A stretch of DNA of 64,000 nt from Candidatus Parcubacteria bacterium. GTDB lineage: Bacteria > Patescibacteriota > Minisyncoccia > Phycocordibacterales > JAACPR01. The position numbers and the translations under genes are program-made. Shown here piece by piece: positions 1-10,175 of this stretch; position 1 is the first letter of the stretch, and each line of letters starts with the position of its first letter. The stretch lies in the NCBI GenBank assembly GCA_009995365.1, contig JAACPR010000001.1, forward strand, positions 30,680-94,679, read 5' to 3'. The notes under the pieces were generated by a model. The model had not been told where the DNA came from and did no database searches. It saw only the letters and a program-made list of their open reading frames with translations.

Positions 1-3000
1 GGTTTAAAAAATGTATTCGAAGAATTTTCTTCTATTAAAGATTATTCAGAAAAGAAATTCGAATTAAAACTTGGAAAAATTGTTTTTGACAAACCAAAGC
101 TTTCTGCCAAAGAAGCTCGTCAAAATCACCTTACTTATGAGGTTCCGATGAAAATCAGGGCTACCCTTATAAACAAAACTCTTGGAACAGAAAAAGAGCA
201 AGAAATTTTCCTTGCTGATTTTCCTTTGATGACAGATCATGGGACTTTTCTAATTAACGGTGTTGAAAGAGTTATTGTTCCTCAACTAGCTAGATCTTAT
301 GGTGTCCTGTTCACAAAGCAACTGCTTCGTGGGCGTTTTCAATTTGGTTCAAAAATAATTCCTTCAAGAGGTGCATGGATTGAATTCGAAACAGACGCTG
401 ACGATATTATCTATATTAGAATAGACAGAAACAGAAAATTCCCTGTAACTACTTTCTTGAGAACTCTTGGGGTTGGGACTGACAAAGATATCCTTAATCT
501 ATTTAAAGGTGACGACAAGACAATGCTTGCGATTCAAAAAACTCTAGATAGAGATGCAACAAAAACTGTTGATGAAGCTTATCTTGATGTATACAAAAGA
601 CTAAGATATGGTGATCTTGCCACATTAGAAAATGCAAAAGATTTTGTTGATTCAATTCTTTCAGAAGCAAGATATGACTTATCAGAAGTTGGTAGATTTA
701 AATTCAACAAAAGATTTGGTCTTGGTGTTGATAAAAAATCACTAGAAAAAAGAACAATTGATATTAATGATTTAACAATTATTTTAAAACATGTAATAAG
801 TCTAAATCACACTCCAAATGCAGAAGAAGATGATATTGATCATTTAGGTTCAAGAAGAGTTCGTTTTGTTGGTGAACTATTAGAACAAAAAGTAAGAACT
901 GGTATGGCTCAAATGAAGAGAAATATTCAAAACAGAATGTCTACAATTGATACAGACACATCTCTACCTGCAAACTTTATTGCTCCACGTCCACTTCAAG
1001 CAAGAATCAAAGAGTTCTTCACAACGAACCAACTTTCACAATTCATGCTACAAGAGAACTTGCTGACAGAAACAGAACACCTTAGAACTCTTTCAGCATT
1101 AGGTCCTGGAGGTTTGCAACGTGAACGAGCAGGACTAGAAGTTCGTGACGTTCATCCATCTCACTATGGTCGTGTTTGTCCAATCCAAACACCAGAAGGT
1201 CCAAACATTGGTCTTATTTTGCGTCAATCTATTTTCTCTAGAACAAATAAATACGGAATGATTGAAACTCCTTATTTGAAAGTTGAAAAAGGTAAAGTGA
1301 CTGGAGAGGTTGTTTATATGAATGCTCATGATGAAGAAGGAAATATTATTGCTCATGCTGCTACAAAATTTGATGATAACGACAAATTCGTCGACAAGTA
1401 TGTAAGTGCTAGACAAAATGGAATTCCGGTTATCGTTAAAAATACCGAAGTTGATTATGTTGATGTTGCTCCAAACCAAGCATTCTCAATTGCTACTTCA
1501 ATGATTCCATTCTTGGATCATAATGATGCCAACCGTGCGCTTATGGCTTCTAACATGCAAAAACAAGCCGTTCCTCTATTACAAGCAGAAGCTCCTGTTA
1601 TTGCAACTGGAACTGAATATGATGCTCTACTATCTTCTAATCGTGTTTTAAGAGCTAAAGATTCAGGGGAAGTTCAAGCTGTGGATGCTAGAAAAATTAT
1701 TATAAAAAATTCAAAAGGTAAGTTGGATGAATACGAGCTTGAAAATTACCGTAGAACAAACAACTTTACTTTATTTAACCACCGTCCAATTGTAAATGTT
1801 GGCCAAAAAGTTAAGAAAGGAGAATTAATTGCTGACACATCAACTTCAGACAATGGTCAAATTGCTCTAGGTAAAAACTTACTTGTTGCTTTCATGTCAT
1901 GGAGTGGTTCTAACTACGAAGATGCGATTATTATTTCTGAAAGATTAGTTCGTGATGATACTTTGACTTCAATACATCTAGAAGAAGTTGTTGTTAATGT
2001 TCGCGATACAAAATTAGGTCCAGAAGTTACAACATCTGATATCCCAAATGTTGGTGATACAAAGCTTCGTGATTTAGATGAAGAAGGAATTGTGCGTATT
2101 GGTGCAGAAATTAGACCAGGAGATATTTTGGTTGGTAAAATTACACCAAAAGGTGAATCACAATTAACACCAGAAGAAAGACTACTAAGATCTATTTTTG
2201 GAGACAAGGCTCGTGATGTTAAAGACTCTTCAAAAAGGGCAGAAGGTGGTATGAGAGGTCGTGTAATCGGAGTTAAAGTTTTTTCAAGAGAAAACGGAGA
2301 TAAGCTTGATTCTGGAATAATTAAAAGAATTCACATCGAAGTTGCTCAGTTACGCCCAATTACAGTTGGAGATAAGTTAGCCGGTCGCCATGGTAACAAG
2401 GGTGTTATCTCAAGAGTTCTTCCGGCAGAAGATATGCCGTATAACGAAGACGGAACTCCTGTAGATATTATTCTTACTCCGCTTGGTGTTCCATCTCGTA
2501 TGAACCTTGGTCAAATTCTAGAACTTCACCTTGGACTTGCTGCAAACTCACTAGATTATCAAGCAATCTGTCCTGCTTTCGCTGGTGCAACTGTAGAAGA
2601 AATCAGAGAAGAATTGGCAGAAGCTGGATTTAATACAAACGGTAAAATGCCTCTTTTTGATGGTAGAACCGGTGAACAATTTGAACAAGATATAGCTACA
2701 GGTTATATGTATATGTTGAAACTTCACCACATGGTCGAAGACAAGCTTCACATGAGATCTATTGGTCCATACTCTCTTATTACACAACAACCGCTTGGAG
2801 GTAAAGCTCAAAATGGTGGTCAAAGATTTGGAGAAATGGAAGTCTGGGCGCTACTTGGTCATGGTGTTGCCCATACACTTCGCGAAGTTCTAACTTATAA
2901 ATCAGACGATATAGTTGGTCGTTCAGCTGCCTTTGATTCTATTGTTAAAGGTCAACCTATTTCACAAACTAACACTCCTGCGTCATTTAACGTTCTTGTT

Positions 3001-3078
3001 AGCAATATTAGAGGTCTAGCCTTGGATATTGATATTATAAATGAAGTCGATGAAGATGAAAAAATTAATAATAAATAA
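1..3078 (+). CDS. rpoB: DNA-directed RNA polymerase beta subunit, 5'-partial (frame continues open from base 1)
   Basis: The ORF is open from base 1 in the same frame as 148..3078. Conserved beta-subunit blocks are present: 'GTFLINGVERVIVPQLARSYGV', 'GRHGNKGVISRVLP', 'NIGQILELHLG', 'QRFGEMEVWALLGHG'. Confidence 0.95.
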   Translation, partial: GLKNVFEEFSSIKDYSEKKFELKLGKIVFDKPKLSAKEARQNHLTYEVPMKIRATLINKTLGTEKEQEIFLADFPLMTDHGTFLINGVERVIVPQLARSYGVLFTKQLLRGRFQFGSKIIPSRGAWIEFETDADDIIYIRIDRNRKFPVTTFLRTLGVGTDKDILNLFKGDDKTMLAIQKTLDRDATKTVDEAYLDVYKRLRYGDLATLENAKDFVDSILSEARYDLSEVGRFKFNKRFGLGVDKKSLEKRTIDINDLTIILKHVISLNHTPNAEEDDIDHLGSRRVRFVGELLEQKVRTGMAQMKRNIQNRMSTIDTDTSLPANFIAPRPLQARIKEFFTTNQLSQFMLQENLLTETEHLRTLSALGPGGLQRERAGLEVRDVHPSHYGRVCPIQTPEGPNIGLILRQSIFSRTNKYGMIETPYLKVEKGKVTGEVVYMNAHDEEGNIIAHAATKFDDNDKFVDKYVSARQNGIPVIVKNTEVDYVDVAPNQAFSIATSMIPFLDHNDANRALMASNMQKQAVPLLQAEAPVIATGTEYDALLSSNRVLRAKDSGEVQAVDARKIIIKNSKGKLDEYELENYRRTNNFTLFNHRPIVNVGQKVKKGELIADTSTSDNGQIALGKNLLVAFMSWSGSNYEDAIIISERLVRDDTLTSIHLEEVVVNVRDTKLGPEVTTSDIPNVGDTKLRDLDEEGIVRIGAEIRPGDILVGKITPKGESQLTPEERLLRSIFGDKARDVKDSSKRAEGGMRGRVIGVKVFSRENGDKLDSGIIKRIHIEVAQLRPITVGDKLAGRHGNKGVISRVLPAEDMPYNEDGTPVDIILTPLGVPSRMNLGQILELHLGLAANSLDYQAICPAFAGATVEEIREELAEAGFNTNGKMPLFDGRTGEQFEQDIATGYMYMLKLHHMVEDKLHMRSIGPYSLITQQPLGGKAQNGGQRFGEMEVWALLGHGVAHTLREVLTYKSDDIVGRSAAFDSIVKGQPISQTNTPASFNVLVSNIRGLALDIDIINEVDEDEKINNK

Positions 3079-3088
3079 TCAAACAATC

Positions 3089-6000
3089 ATGAGAAGAAAA
3101 CAAAAAGAAGTAAAAATTGATAAAATTTTCTTGAGATTAGCATCTCCAGAAAGAATTTTAGAGTGGTCACATGGGGAAGTTACAAGACCAGAAACAGTCA
3201 ATTATAGAACTCAACGTTCTGAAAAAAATGGTTTGTTTGATGAAAGAATCTTCGGTCCAGAAAAAGACTACGAATGTTATTGTGGAAAATACAAAGGAAT
3301 TCGTTACAAAGGAATTACTTGTGAAAAGTGTGGAGTTGAAGTAACTCGTGCAATTGTTCGCCGTGATAGAATGGGGCATATTGAACTTGCTTCACCTGTA
3401 TCTCACATTTGGTTTTTGCGTTCTATGCCATCTAGAATTTCATTAATTCTAGGAATGACATCGTCTGATGTTGAAAAAGTTATTTATTTCGCTGGCTACC
3501 TTATTACAAAAGTGGATGAAGATGAAAAGAAGAGAATTCTTTCTGATCTTGATTCTGAACTAAAAACAAAATCAAAAACTGCGCAAGATGAAAAAACAAA
3601 AAATCATCTTAAAGATCTTTACCAAGATACAAAAAGTGAAATAGACAGCATCGTCCAAGGAAAAGTAATTGATGAAGTCCAATATCATAAATACTCTATG
3701 AAATATGGCTCACTTTTTGAAGCTGAAATCGGTGCTGAAGCAGTTTATGAAATTTTCAAAAATCTAAAACTTGAAGAGCTTAAAGCTAACTTGGAAAAAG
3801 ATCTTGAAAAAGCAACATCAGTAACAAGAGACAAACTAAATAAAAGATTAAGTTTGGTTAAATCAATGATTCGATCAAACATTAGACCAGAGTGGATGTT
3901 TTTGAAATATATTCCAATTATTCCTCCTGCTATTCGTCCGATGGTTGCGCTTGATGGTGGAAGACAAGCTACTTCTGATGTTAACGATCTTTATCGTCGT
4001 GTAATTAACAGAAATAACCGTCTGAAAAAACTTAAAAATATCGGTGCACCTGATGTTATTTTGAGAAATGAAAAGAGAATTCTACAAGAAGCTGTAGATG
4101 CTTTGATTGATAATTCAATTAGACACAATTCAAATTCAGGGATGATGAGTGCAGCTCAAAAAAGACCATTAAAATCAATTGCTGATTCACTAAAAGGGAA
4201 AAGAGGTATTTTTAGAGGAAACCTTCTTGGTAAGCGTGTTGATTATTCTGGACGTTCTGTAATTGTTATTGGTCCTACACTAAAACTAAATCAGTGTGGT
4301 CTTCCAAAACATATGGCGCTTGAACTTTTCAAACCATTTGTGATATCTGAGCTTTTGAAAAAAGAATTAGCCTTCAATATTAGAGGTGCTGGTCGCTTGA
4401 TTGACGATGGAGCTCCAGAAGTTTGGGAAATTTTAGAAGAAGTAATTAGAGATAAGTACGTTCTACTAAACCGTGCCCCTACTTTGCACCGTCTTGGTAT
4501 CCAAGCTTTCAAACCGGTTTTGATCGAAGGTAAAGCTATCCAAGTTCACCCACTTGTGTGTACTGCTTTCAATGCTGACTTCGACGGTGACCAAATGGCT
4601 GTTCATGTACCATTATCTGTAGTTTCTCAATATGAAGCTCGTGAAATTATGGCAGCTGACAAGAACGTATTGAAACCAGGTTCTGGTGAGCCTGTCGTCG
4701 CAGCTAAATTGCTAGATATTCTATTGGGATGTTTCTGGGTAACAAAAATGATCAAAGGCGAAAAAGGTGAAGGTATGATATTCCCAGGACCAAACACTGC
4801 TATGACTGCCCGTGATTACAGTCTTCTTTCTCTAAGAGCAAAAATAATAATCAAGAGTAAAGCAGGAACAAAATATGAATCAGAAAATGGTCAAATAGAA
4901 ACAACTGTTGGAAGAATTATGTTCAACTCAATTCTGCCTGATGATTATCCTTATGTTAATGACGAAATCAACAAAAAGAAAATGTCTGAAATTGTTGATG
5001 ATTTAATTGCGCGTTACGGTATTAGTGGTATTCCAAAAATTCTTGATGATATTAAGGAATTCGGTTTCAAATATGCTACAAAATCAGGTATAACATGGGC
5101 TATTGATGACTTGGTTATTCCAGTAGAGAAAAAACCAATTATTGATGCTGCAACAGAAGAGGTTAAACAAGTTGTAAGACAGTTTAACGATGGTCTTCTT
5201 TCAAATATGGAGAAGAAAAGAAAACTTACAACAATTTGGCATGAAGCTAAAAATAAAATTGAAGCGTTAATTCCTGGAACTTTAGATGAAAATTCTCCAG
5301 TTTATGATATGTGGAAATCGGGAGCCAGAGGTTCTCTTGGACAAATTACTAACATGGCAGGTATGAAAGGTCTTATTGTTAACTCAAAAGGTGAAGAAAT
5401 TGAAACCCCAGTTCTATCATCTTCAAAAGAAGGATTCAGTCCTATCGAATACTTCACATCAACTCACGGTTCTAGAAAAGGTCTTACCGACACTGCTCTA
5501 AACACTGCTAAAGCCGGTTACCTAACTAGAAGACTCTTTGACGTTGCCCAAGATGTAATTGTTAATGAACATGACTGTGGTACAAAAAATTCAATTCTAA
5601 TCAAACGTGATACAGGTGATTCAGGTATTGAAGTTCCTATCTCAAAGAAAATTAAAGGTAGAGTTCTTGCTAAAGAAGTTAAAGCAGGAGACAAAACTTA
5701 CAAAAAAGGTCATCTTATAAGTAAATTAGATGCACTTGATATTGAAAACAGTGACCTGAATGAAATAGAAGTTAGATCGCCGCTTACTTGTGAATCTGGT
5801 AAAGGAGTTTGTGCTAGTTGTTATGGTTCAGACCTTGGTAAAGATGAAATGGTTGATCTAGGTGAAGCTATTGGTACAATTGCCGCACAAGCTATTGGTG
5901 AACCTGGTACACAGTTAACTATGAGAACTTTCCATGCTGGAGGTACTGCTGTTGTTGGTGGAGACATTACACAAGGTCTTCCTCGTGTTGAAGAGGTTTT

Positions 6001-6754
6001 TGAAAGAAGAAAACCAAAATCACCAGCTATCATCTCAAAAACAGATGGAATTGTTTCAGAAATTCGTGATGAAAAGAAAGAAAAAATATTGGTTGTTTCT
6101 CCAAAAGCTGGAGCAAAAAGTCAAAAACTACAAGAATATAAAATTTCTGAAATCCGAACACTCTTGGTTAAAGAAGGAGATGAAATTACTAAAGGTCAAT
6201 TACTAACTGATGGTTCAGTTGATATTGCAGAACTATATAAACTTGCTGGTCGTGAAGCTGCTGAAAACTATATTATTGGACAAATCAACAGAGTTTACGA
6301 ACTTCAAGGAGAGCCAGTCTCAAGAAAACACATCGAAATTATCGTTAGACAAATGTTCTCAAGAATTAAAATTACAGAAATAGGCGATTCATTGTTCGCT
6401 GTTGGGGATGTTGTTAGTAGATCTGATTTCAACGCAGAAAACAAAAAATTATCTGAAAGTAACAAAATGGAAGCTAAGGGAGATGTTGTTCTGCTAGGTA
6501 TTACAGAAGTATCACTTTCAAGAAAAAGTTTCTTGTCAGCGGCTTCATTCCAACACACAACAAAAGTTCTTATCAACGCAGCTATTCGTGGTGCCGAGGA
6601 CAATTTGAGTGGACTAAAGGAAAATGTTATTTTAGGTCGCTTGATTCCAGCTGGTACAGGTTTTGTCGGAAGTAAGAAATATGAACAAGCAAAATTAATT
6701 GAAGAAGAAGCAATTGCAAAATACGAAGAGCTGAATTCATACGATAACGAATAA
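3089..6754 (+). CDS. rpoC: DNA-directed RNA polymerase beta' subunit
   Basis: 'LASPERILEWSHGEVTRPETVNYRTQRSEKNGLFDERIFGP', 'YECYCGKYKG...CEKCGVEV' (Zn ribbon), 'NADFDGDQMAVHVP' (catalytic DFDGD). Start chosen at ATG 3089 (MRRKQKEV...); the track ORF start at 3041 overlaps the rpoB 3' end. Confidence 0.93.
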   Translation: MRRKQKEVKIDKIFLRLASPERILEWSHGEVTRPETVNYRTQRSEKNGLFDERIFGPEKDYECYCGKYKGIRYKGITCEKCGVEVTRAIVRRDRMGHIELASPVSHIWFLRSMPSRISLILGMTSSDVEKVIYFAGYLITKVDEDEKKRILSDLDSELKTKSKTAQDEKTKNHLKDLYQDTKSEIDSIVQGKVIDEVQYHKYSMKYGSLFEAEIGAEAVYEIFKNLKLEELKANLEKDLEKATSVTRDKLNKRLSLVKSMIRSNIRPEWMFLKYIPIIPPAIRPMVALDGGRQATSDVNDLYRRVINRNNRLKKLKNIGAPDVILRNEKRILQEAVDALIDNSIRHNSNSGMMSAAQKRPLKSIADSLKGKRGIFRGNLLGKRVDYSGRSVIVIGPTLKLNQCGLPKHMALELFKPFVISELLKKELAFNIRGAGRLIDDGAPEVWEILEEVIRDKYVLLNRAPTLHRLGIQAFKPVLIEGKAIQVHPLVCTAFNADFDGDQMAVHVPLSVVSQYEAREIMAADKNVLKPGSGEPVVAAKLLDILLGCFWVTKMIKGEKGEGMIFPGPNTAMTARDYSLLSLRAKIIIKSKAGTKYESENGQIETTVGRIMFNSILPDDYPYVNDEINKKKMSEIVDDLIARYGISGIPKILDDIKEFGFKYATKSGITWAIDDLVIPVEKKPIIDAATEEVKQVVRQFNDGLLSNMEKKRKLTTIWHEAKNKIEALIPGTLDENSPVYDMWKSGARGSLGQITNMAGMKGLIVNSKGEEIETPVLSSSKEGFSPIEYFTSTHGSRKGLTDTALNTAKAGYLTRRLFDVAQDVIVNEHDCGTKNSILIKRDTGDSGIEVPISKKIKGRVLAKEVKAGDKTYKKGHLISKLDALDIENSDLNEIEVRSPLTCESGKGVCASCYGSDLGKDEMVDLGEAIGTIAAQAIGEPGTQLTMRTFHAGGTAVVGGDITQGLPRVEEVFERRKPKSPAIISKTDGIVSEIRDEKKEKILVVSPKAGAKSQKLQEYKISEIRTLLVKEGDEITKGQLLTDGSVDIAELYKLAGREAAENYIIGQINRVYELQGEPVSRKHIEIIVRQMFSRIKITEIGDSLFAVGDVVSRSDFNAENKKLSESNKMEAKGDVVLLGITEVSLSRKSFLSAASFQHTTKVLINAAIRGAEDNLSGLKENVILGRLIPAGTGFVGSKKYEQAKLIEEEAIAKYEELNSYDNE

Positions 6755-6768
6755 TAATTAAAAAAACT

Positions 6769-8472
6769 ATGTCGCAAGATAATGTATCAAAAATAAAAGA
6801 GCGACTAGGAATCAAAGAAGTTGTCGAGACATATATCAAACTAGAAAAAGCGGGAAGTAACTTTAAAGGTAGATGTCCGTTCCACAATGAAAAAACACCA
6901 TCTTTCTTTGTTTCTCCAGATCGAGATTCATACTATTGTTTTGGTTGTGGTGCAAAAGGCGACATATTCACTTTTGTTCAAGAATACGAAGGAATTGATT
7001 TTTTAAATTCTTTGAAATTATTGGCTGATAGAGCTGGTATAAAATTAGATAAAATTAATCACAAGCAGAATTCGCAAGAAAATCTCCTGAAAGAAATCCT
7101 CGAAGAAGCAACGATTTTTTTTGAGGATGCATTCAAAAAAAATTCCGAGGTAATGATTTATCTTAAAAAAAGAGGATTGAATGAAGACACTATCAAAGAA
7201 TGGCGAATTGGTTTTGCACCTAATGGTTGGAGTAATCTATCAGACCACCTAAAGAAAAAAGGTTACAAAGAGTCAGATATTGAGAAAGCGGGTCTGATCA
7301 AAAAAGGTCCAAAAGAAAGTTATTACGACAGATTTAGAAGTAGGATAATTTTTCCGATACATAATTCAAACGGAGACATTATCGCTTTTACCGGAAGAAT
7401 TTTTGGAGCAGAAGAAGATACCGCAAAGTATTTAAATAGTCCTGAAACTGAACTATTTAAGAAATCTGAAATACTTTTTGCTTTTGATAAAGCTAAAGGT
7501 TCAATAAGAAAAAATGACTTTGCTATTTTAGTTGAAGGGCAAATGGATACGATTATGTGTCATCAGGCCGGATATAAGAATGCTATCGCATCGTCCGGTA
7601 CAGCCATAACAGAAACCCAACTAAGAAATATCAATAGGTTATCCAAAAATTTGGTCATTGCTTATGATTCTGATAGTGCTGGTTTCGCTGCTTCAGAAAA
7701 AGCTTGGAAAGTTGCATTGTCAATTGGAATGGATGTTAAAATTTCGCCGATTGAAGAAGGTCTAGACCCTGCAGACTTGATCCAAAAAGATCCAAAAAAA
7801 TGGAAAGAGACTATCAAAAAATCAGAGCACATCATAGATGTCTTTATAAGAAAAATATCAAATTCAGAAACCGATAAACGAAAAATAATTCAAAGAGTTA
7901 TAAAAGACATTGTTCCACACTTGAAATACATATCTTCTAGTATGGATAGAGATCACTTTGTAAAAAAAGTCGCCGAAGCTTTTGACATATCAATAGAAGC
8001 TATAAACGAAGAGGTAGCTTCTTATGAAGACGATAACGGTGAATCTTTAAATTTGAATAATTTATCAAAATCTTCTCTAGTTGAAAGGGAAAAATTTGAT
8101 GAATTAGCATTAGAGAAAAGGATATTTGGCGTGATGTATGCTCTTGAGAAAAAAGACGAAGAGGAATTCAAGATGATGCAGGAGGGGATAATAAATATTG
8201 TAGGTCAAGAGGGATATGATAAAATTTTAGAAAGTATAAATGAGGAACTAGAAGAAATTATATTTGCCGTTGAAAATTCTTTTGATGAAAAGAATATTAA
8301 AATAGAATCCAAAGAATTATTAAAAAATTTAAAAATAAAAAAATTAAATAACGATAGGAAAAAAATATTATTAGAGCTTAAAAAAGCCGAACAACAAAAA
8401 GATGAAGAGTTAGAGAATAATTTATTATTAGAAATCAATAAAATTTCAAAAAAAATACAAGAAATAAATTAA
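6769..8472 (+). CDS. dnaG: DNA primase
   Basis: CHC2 zinc finger '[30 protein letters not shown]'; TOPRIM '[18 protein letters not shown]', '[10 protein letters not shown]'. Confidence 0.9.
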   Translation: MSQDNVSKIKERLGIKEVVETYIKLEKAGSNFKGRCPFHNEKTPSFFVSPDRDSYYCFGCGAKGDIFTFVQEYEGIDFLNSLKLLADRAGIKLDKINHKQNSQENLLKEILEEATIFFEDAFKKNSEVMIYLKKRGLNEDTIKEWRIGFAPNGWSNLSDHLKKKGYKESDIEKAGLIKKGPKESYYDRFRSRIIFPIHNSNGDIIAFTGRIFGAEEDTAKYLNSPETELFKKSEILFAFDKAKGSIRKNDFAILVEGQMDTIMCHQAGYKNAIASSGTAITETQLRNINRLSKNLVIAYDSDSAGFAASEKAWKVALSIGMDVKISPIEEGLDPADLIQKDPKKWKETIKKSEHIIDVFIRKISNSETDKRKIIQRVIKDIVPHLKYISSSMDRDHFVKKVAEAFDISIEAINEEVASYEDDNGESLNLNNLSKSSLVEREKFDELALEKRIFGVMYALEKKDEEEFKMMQEGIINIVGQEGYDKILESINEELEEIIFAVENSFDEKNIKIESKELLKNLKIKKLNNDRKKILLELKKAEQQKDEELENNLLLEINKISKKIQEIN

Positions 8473-8479
8473 ATTTTAT

Positions 8480-9661
8480 ATGCCAAAAAAGAAAGCAAGC
8501 AAAAAACAAAATAAAACAACAAAAAAAGTAGCAAACACTACTAACAAAAAAAACATAAATAAAACTAAAAAAACTCCTGCTAAAAAAAATAAAAAAGAGG
8601 ATTTAAAAATTGCTGCTGCGAAAAAAATAATCAATAAAGGTAAAGAAAGAGGTTATATTACCTATGATGAAATTTTAAAAGCATTTCCAAATATTGAATC
8701 TGATGTTAAATTTCTAACTTCTCTTTATGAAGATTTAGAAAATTCTGGTGTAGATGTGTTGGAGAGTGGTGGACTACTAGAAACCATAGAAGAAAAAGAC
8801 GGTAAATTTGTCTATGGTAAAAATGCTTCACAATATGATTCAATCCAAATGTATCTAAAGGAGATTGGTCAATATTCTCTAATCATGGCTCATGAAGAAA
8901 AAGAGTTAGCTAAAAGGATTGAACAGGGCGATGAAGAAGCAAAAAACCTTCTAGCTCGCGCCAACCTTCGTCTAGTTGTATCTATTGCTAAAAAATATGT
9001 AGGTAGAAGCCCTGATTTGACCTTGCTCGACCTTATCCAAGAAGGGAACCTGGGTCTCTTTAAAGCTGTTGATAAATTTGATTGGACAAAAGGTTATAAA
9101 TTTTCAACTTATGCCACATGGTGGATTAGGCAGGCAATCACTCGTGCTTTGGCTGATCAATCTAGAACAATTCGTGTCCCTGTTCATATGGTTGAAACGA
9201 TTGCAAAATATAAGCAAGTCTATCGTCGTCTATCACAAGACCTTGGGCGTGAACCAATGCCAGAAGAAATTTCAGTGGAAATGGATTTGGATATTGAAAA
9301 AGTGTATACAATTGAAAAAATTGACCAAAATACTGTTTCTCTAGAAAGCCCTGTCGGAGACGATGGTGATGAAAAATCTACCCTTAGTGACTTTTTAGCT
9401 GATGATAAAATTTCTTCACCTGATCAAGATGCCTCACATCGAATTTTGAAAGATCAAGTCGAAGCTATTCTGAGTGATTTATCAGAAAAAGAAAGAAAAA
9501 TTTTAGAATTACGACATGGACTTGGGGATGGAATTCAACATACCCTAGAAGAAGTTGGGAAAAAGTTCGGTGTTACTAGAGAGAGAATTCGTCAAATCGA
9601 AGCCAAAGCACATGAAAAAATTAGACAACATAACGATTCTGACAAATTAAAGAATTATTAG
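8480..9661 (+). CDS. rpoD: RNA polymerase primary sigma factor (sigma-70 family) with Lys-rich low-complexity N-terminus
   Basis: Region 2 '[55 protein letters not shown]'; region 4 '[23 protein letters not shown]'. Directly follows dnaG. Confidence 0.9.
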   Translation: MPKKKASKKQNKTTKKVANTTNKKNINKTKKTPAKKNKKEDLKIAAAKKIINKGKERGYITYDEILKAFPNIESDVKFLTSLYEDLENSGVDVLESGGLLETIEEKDGKFVYGKNASQYDSIQMYLKEIGQYSLIMAHEEKELAKRIEQGDEEAKNLLARANLRLVVSIAKKYVGRSPDLTLLDLIQEGNLGLFKAVDKFDWTKGYKFSTYATWWIRQAITRALADQSRTIRVPVHMVETIAKYKQVYRRLSQDLGREPMPEEISVEMDLDIEKVYTIEKIDQNTVSLESPVGDDGDEKSTLSDFLADDKISSPDQDASHRILKDQVEAILSDLSEKERKILELRHGLGDGIQHTLEEVGKKFGVTRERIRQIEAKAHEKIRQHNDSDKLKNY

Positions 9662-9663
9662 AT

Positions 9664-10137
9664 TTAATTTAAATCAGTTCTTGGTGCAATAGTATTATTA
9701 AAATCATCTAATAAATATTTCACTATTTCTTCAGCTCTGCTAATATCTTTTTTGTCTGACATGGATATTAATATTTTTGATTTTTCCGCGTCTATCATCA
9801 AAGTCTCTAGTTTGCTTTGAGCGTCAATTATCTCATTAATTTCATTTTTTATTTTTTCTCTTTTCTTTCTAAATTCTGGAGTATTTGCTTTATCTGATTC
9901 AATTAGTTTTTCAGATAAGTCAGATAATTTATCATATCTATTATTTAGATCAGAATTAATCATCTTTAATTGTTTTTCGAATAAGATAACCTTAACAAGT
10001 TCTATATCTTCGGGGTTTAATAAACTAAATCGCTTTAAAACTCTCTCGGTAAAATTTTTAATTCTGTGTGTTAATAGTAATAATTCAGGATCGATATTTG
10101 GTTGGTCGTTGTTTTCAAAAGATTCGTTTAATTTCAT
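9664..10137 (-). CDS. hypothetical acidic coiled-coil protein
   Basis: 157-aa ORF on minus strand, convergent with rpoD and divergent from the helicase; no recognisable motif. Confidence 0.4.
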   Translation of the reverse strand: MKLNESFENNDQPNIDPELLLLTHRIKNFTERVLKRFSLLNPEDIELVKVILFEKQLKMINSDLNNRYDKLSDLSEKLIESDKANTPEFRKKREKIKNEINEIIDAQSKLETLMIDAEKSKILISMSDKKDISRAEEIVKYLLDDFNNTIAPRTDLN

Positions 10138-10161
10138 GATATAAATTATATCAAAACTTGT

Positions 10162-10167
10162 TATAAT
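10162..10167 (+). promoter_or_regulatory. extended -10 element (TGtTATAAT at 10159-10167), 8 nt upstream of the helicase ATG (probable leaderless or near-leaderless transcript)
   Basis: Sequence 'cttgTTATAATtcaaacatATG'. Confidence 0.35.
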
Positions 10168-10175
10168 TCAAACAT

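Noticed and set aside
1135-2823. Minus-strand ORFs of 90-114 aa inside rpoB (1135..1479, 1914..2207, 2551..2823)
   Set aside because: They lie fully antisense within a strongly conserved RNAP beta coding region, have low-complexity Ser/Phe/Ile-rich translations and no motifs. They are antisense shadow ORFs.
3041-3088. Upstream extension of the rpoC ORF (start at 3041, 'MKSMKMKKLIINNQTI') overlapping the rpoB 3' end
   Set aside because: The conserved beta' N-terminus begins at 'MRRKQKEVKIDKIFLRLASPE' (ATG 3089). The extension is encoded within the rpoB stop region and is not conserved-looking.
5934-6206. 90-aa plus-strand ORF in an alternative frame inside rpoC, and similar short ORFs inside dnaK, uvrA, leuS, alaS, mraY etc.
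   Set aside because: They are embedded in other frames of well-supported conserved genes. AT-rich sequence gives long random ORFs. No independent signals.
6304-6887. Minus-strand ORFs 6304..6777 (157 aa) and 6627..6887 (86 aa) spanning the rpoC/dnaG junction
   Set aside because: They are antisense to the conserved C-terminus of beta' and the N-terminus of primase. Their hydrophobic low-complexity translations are typical of AT-rich antisense frames.
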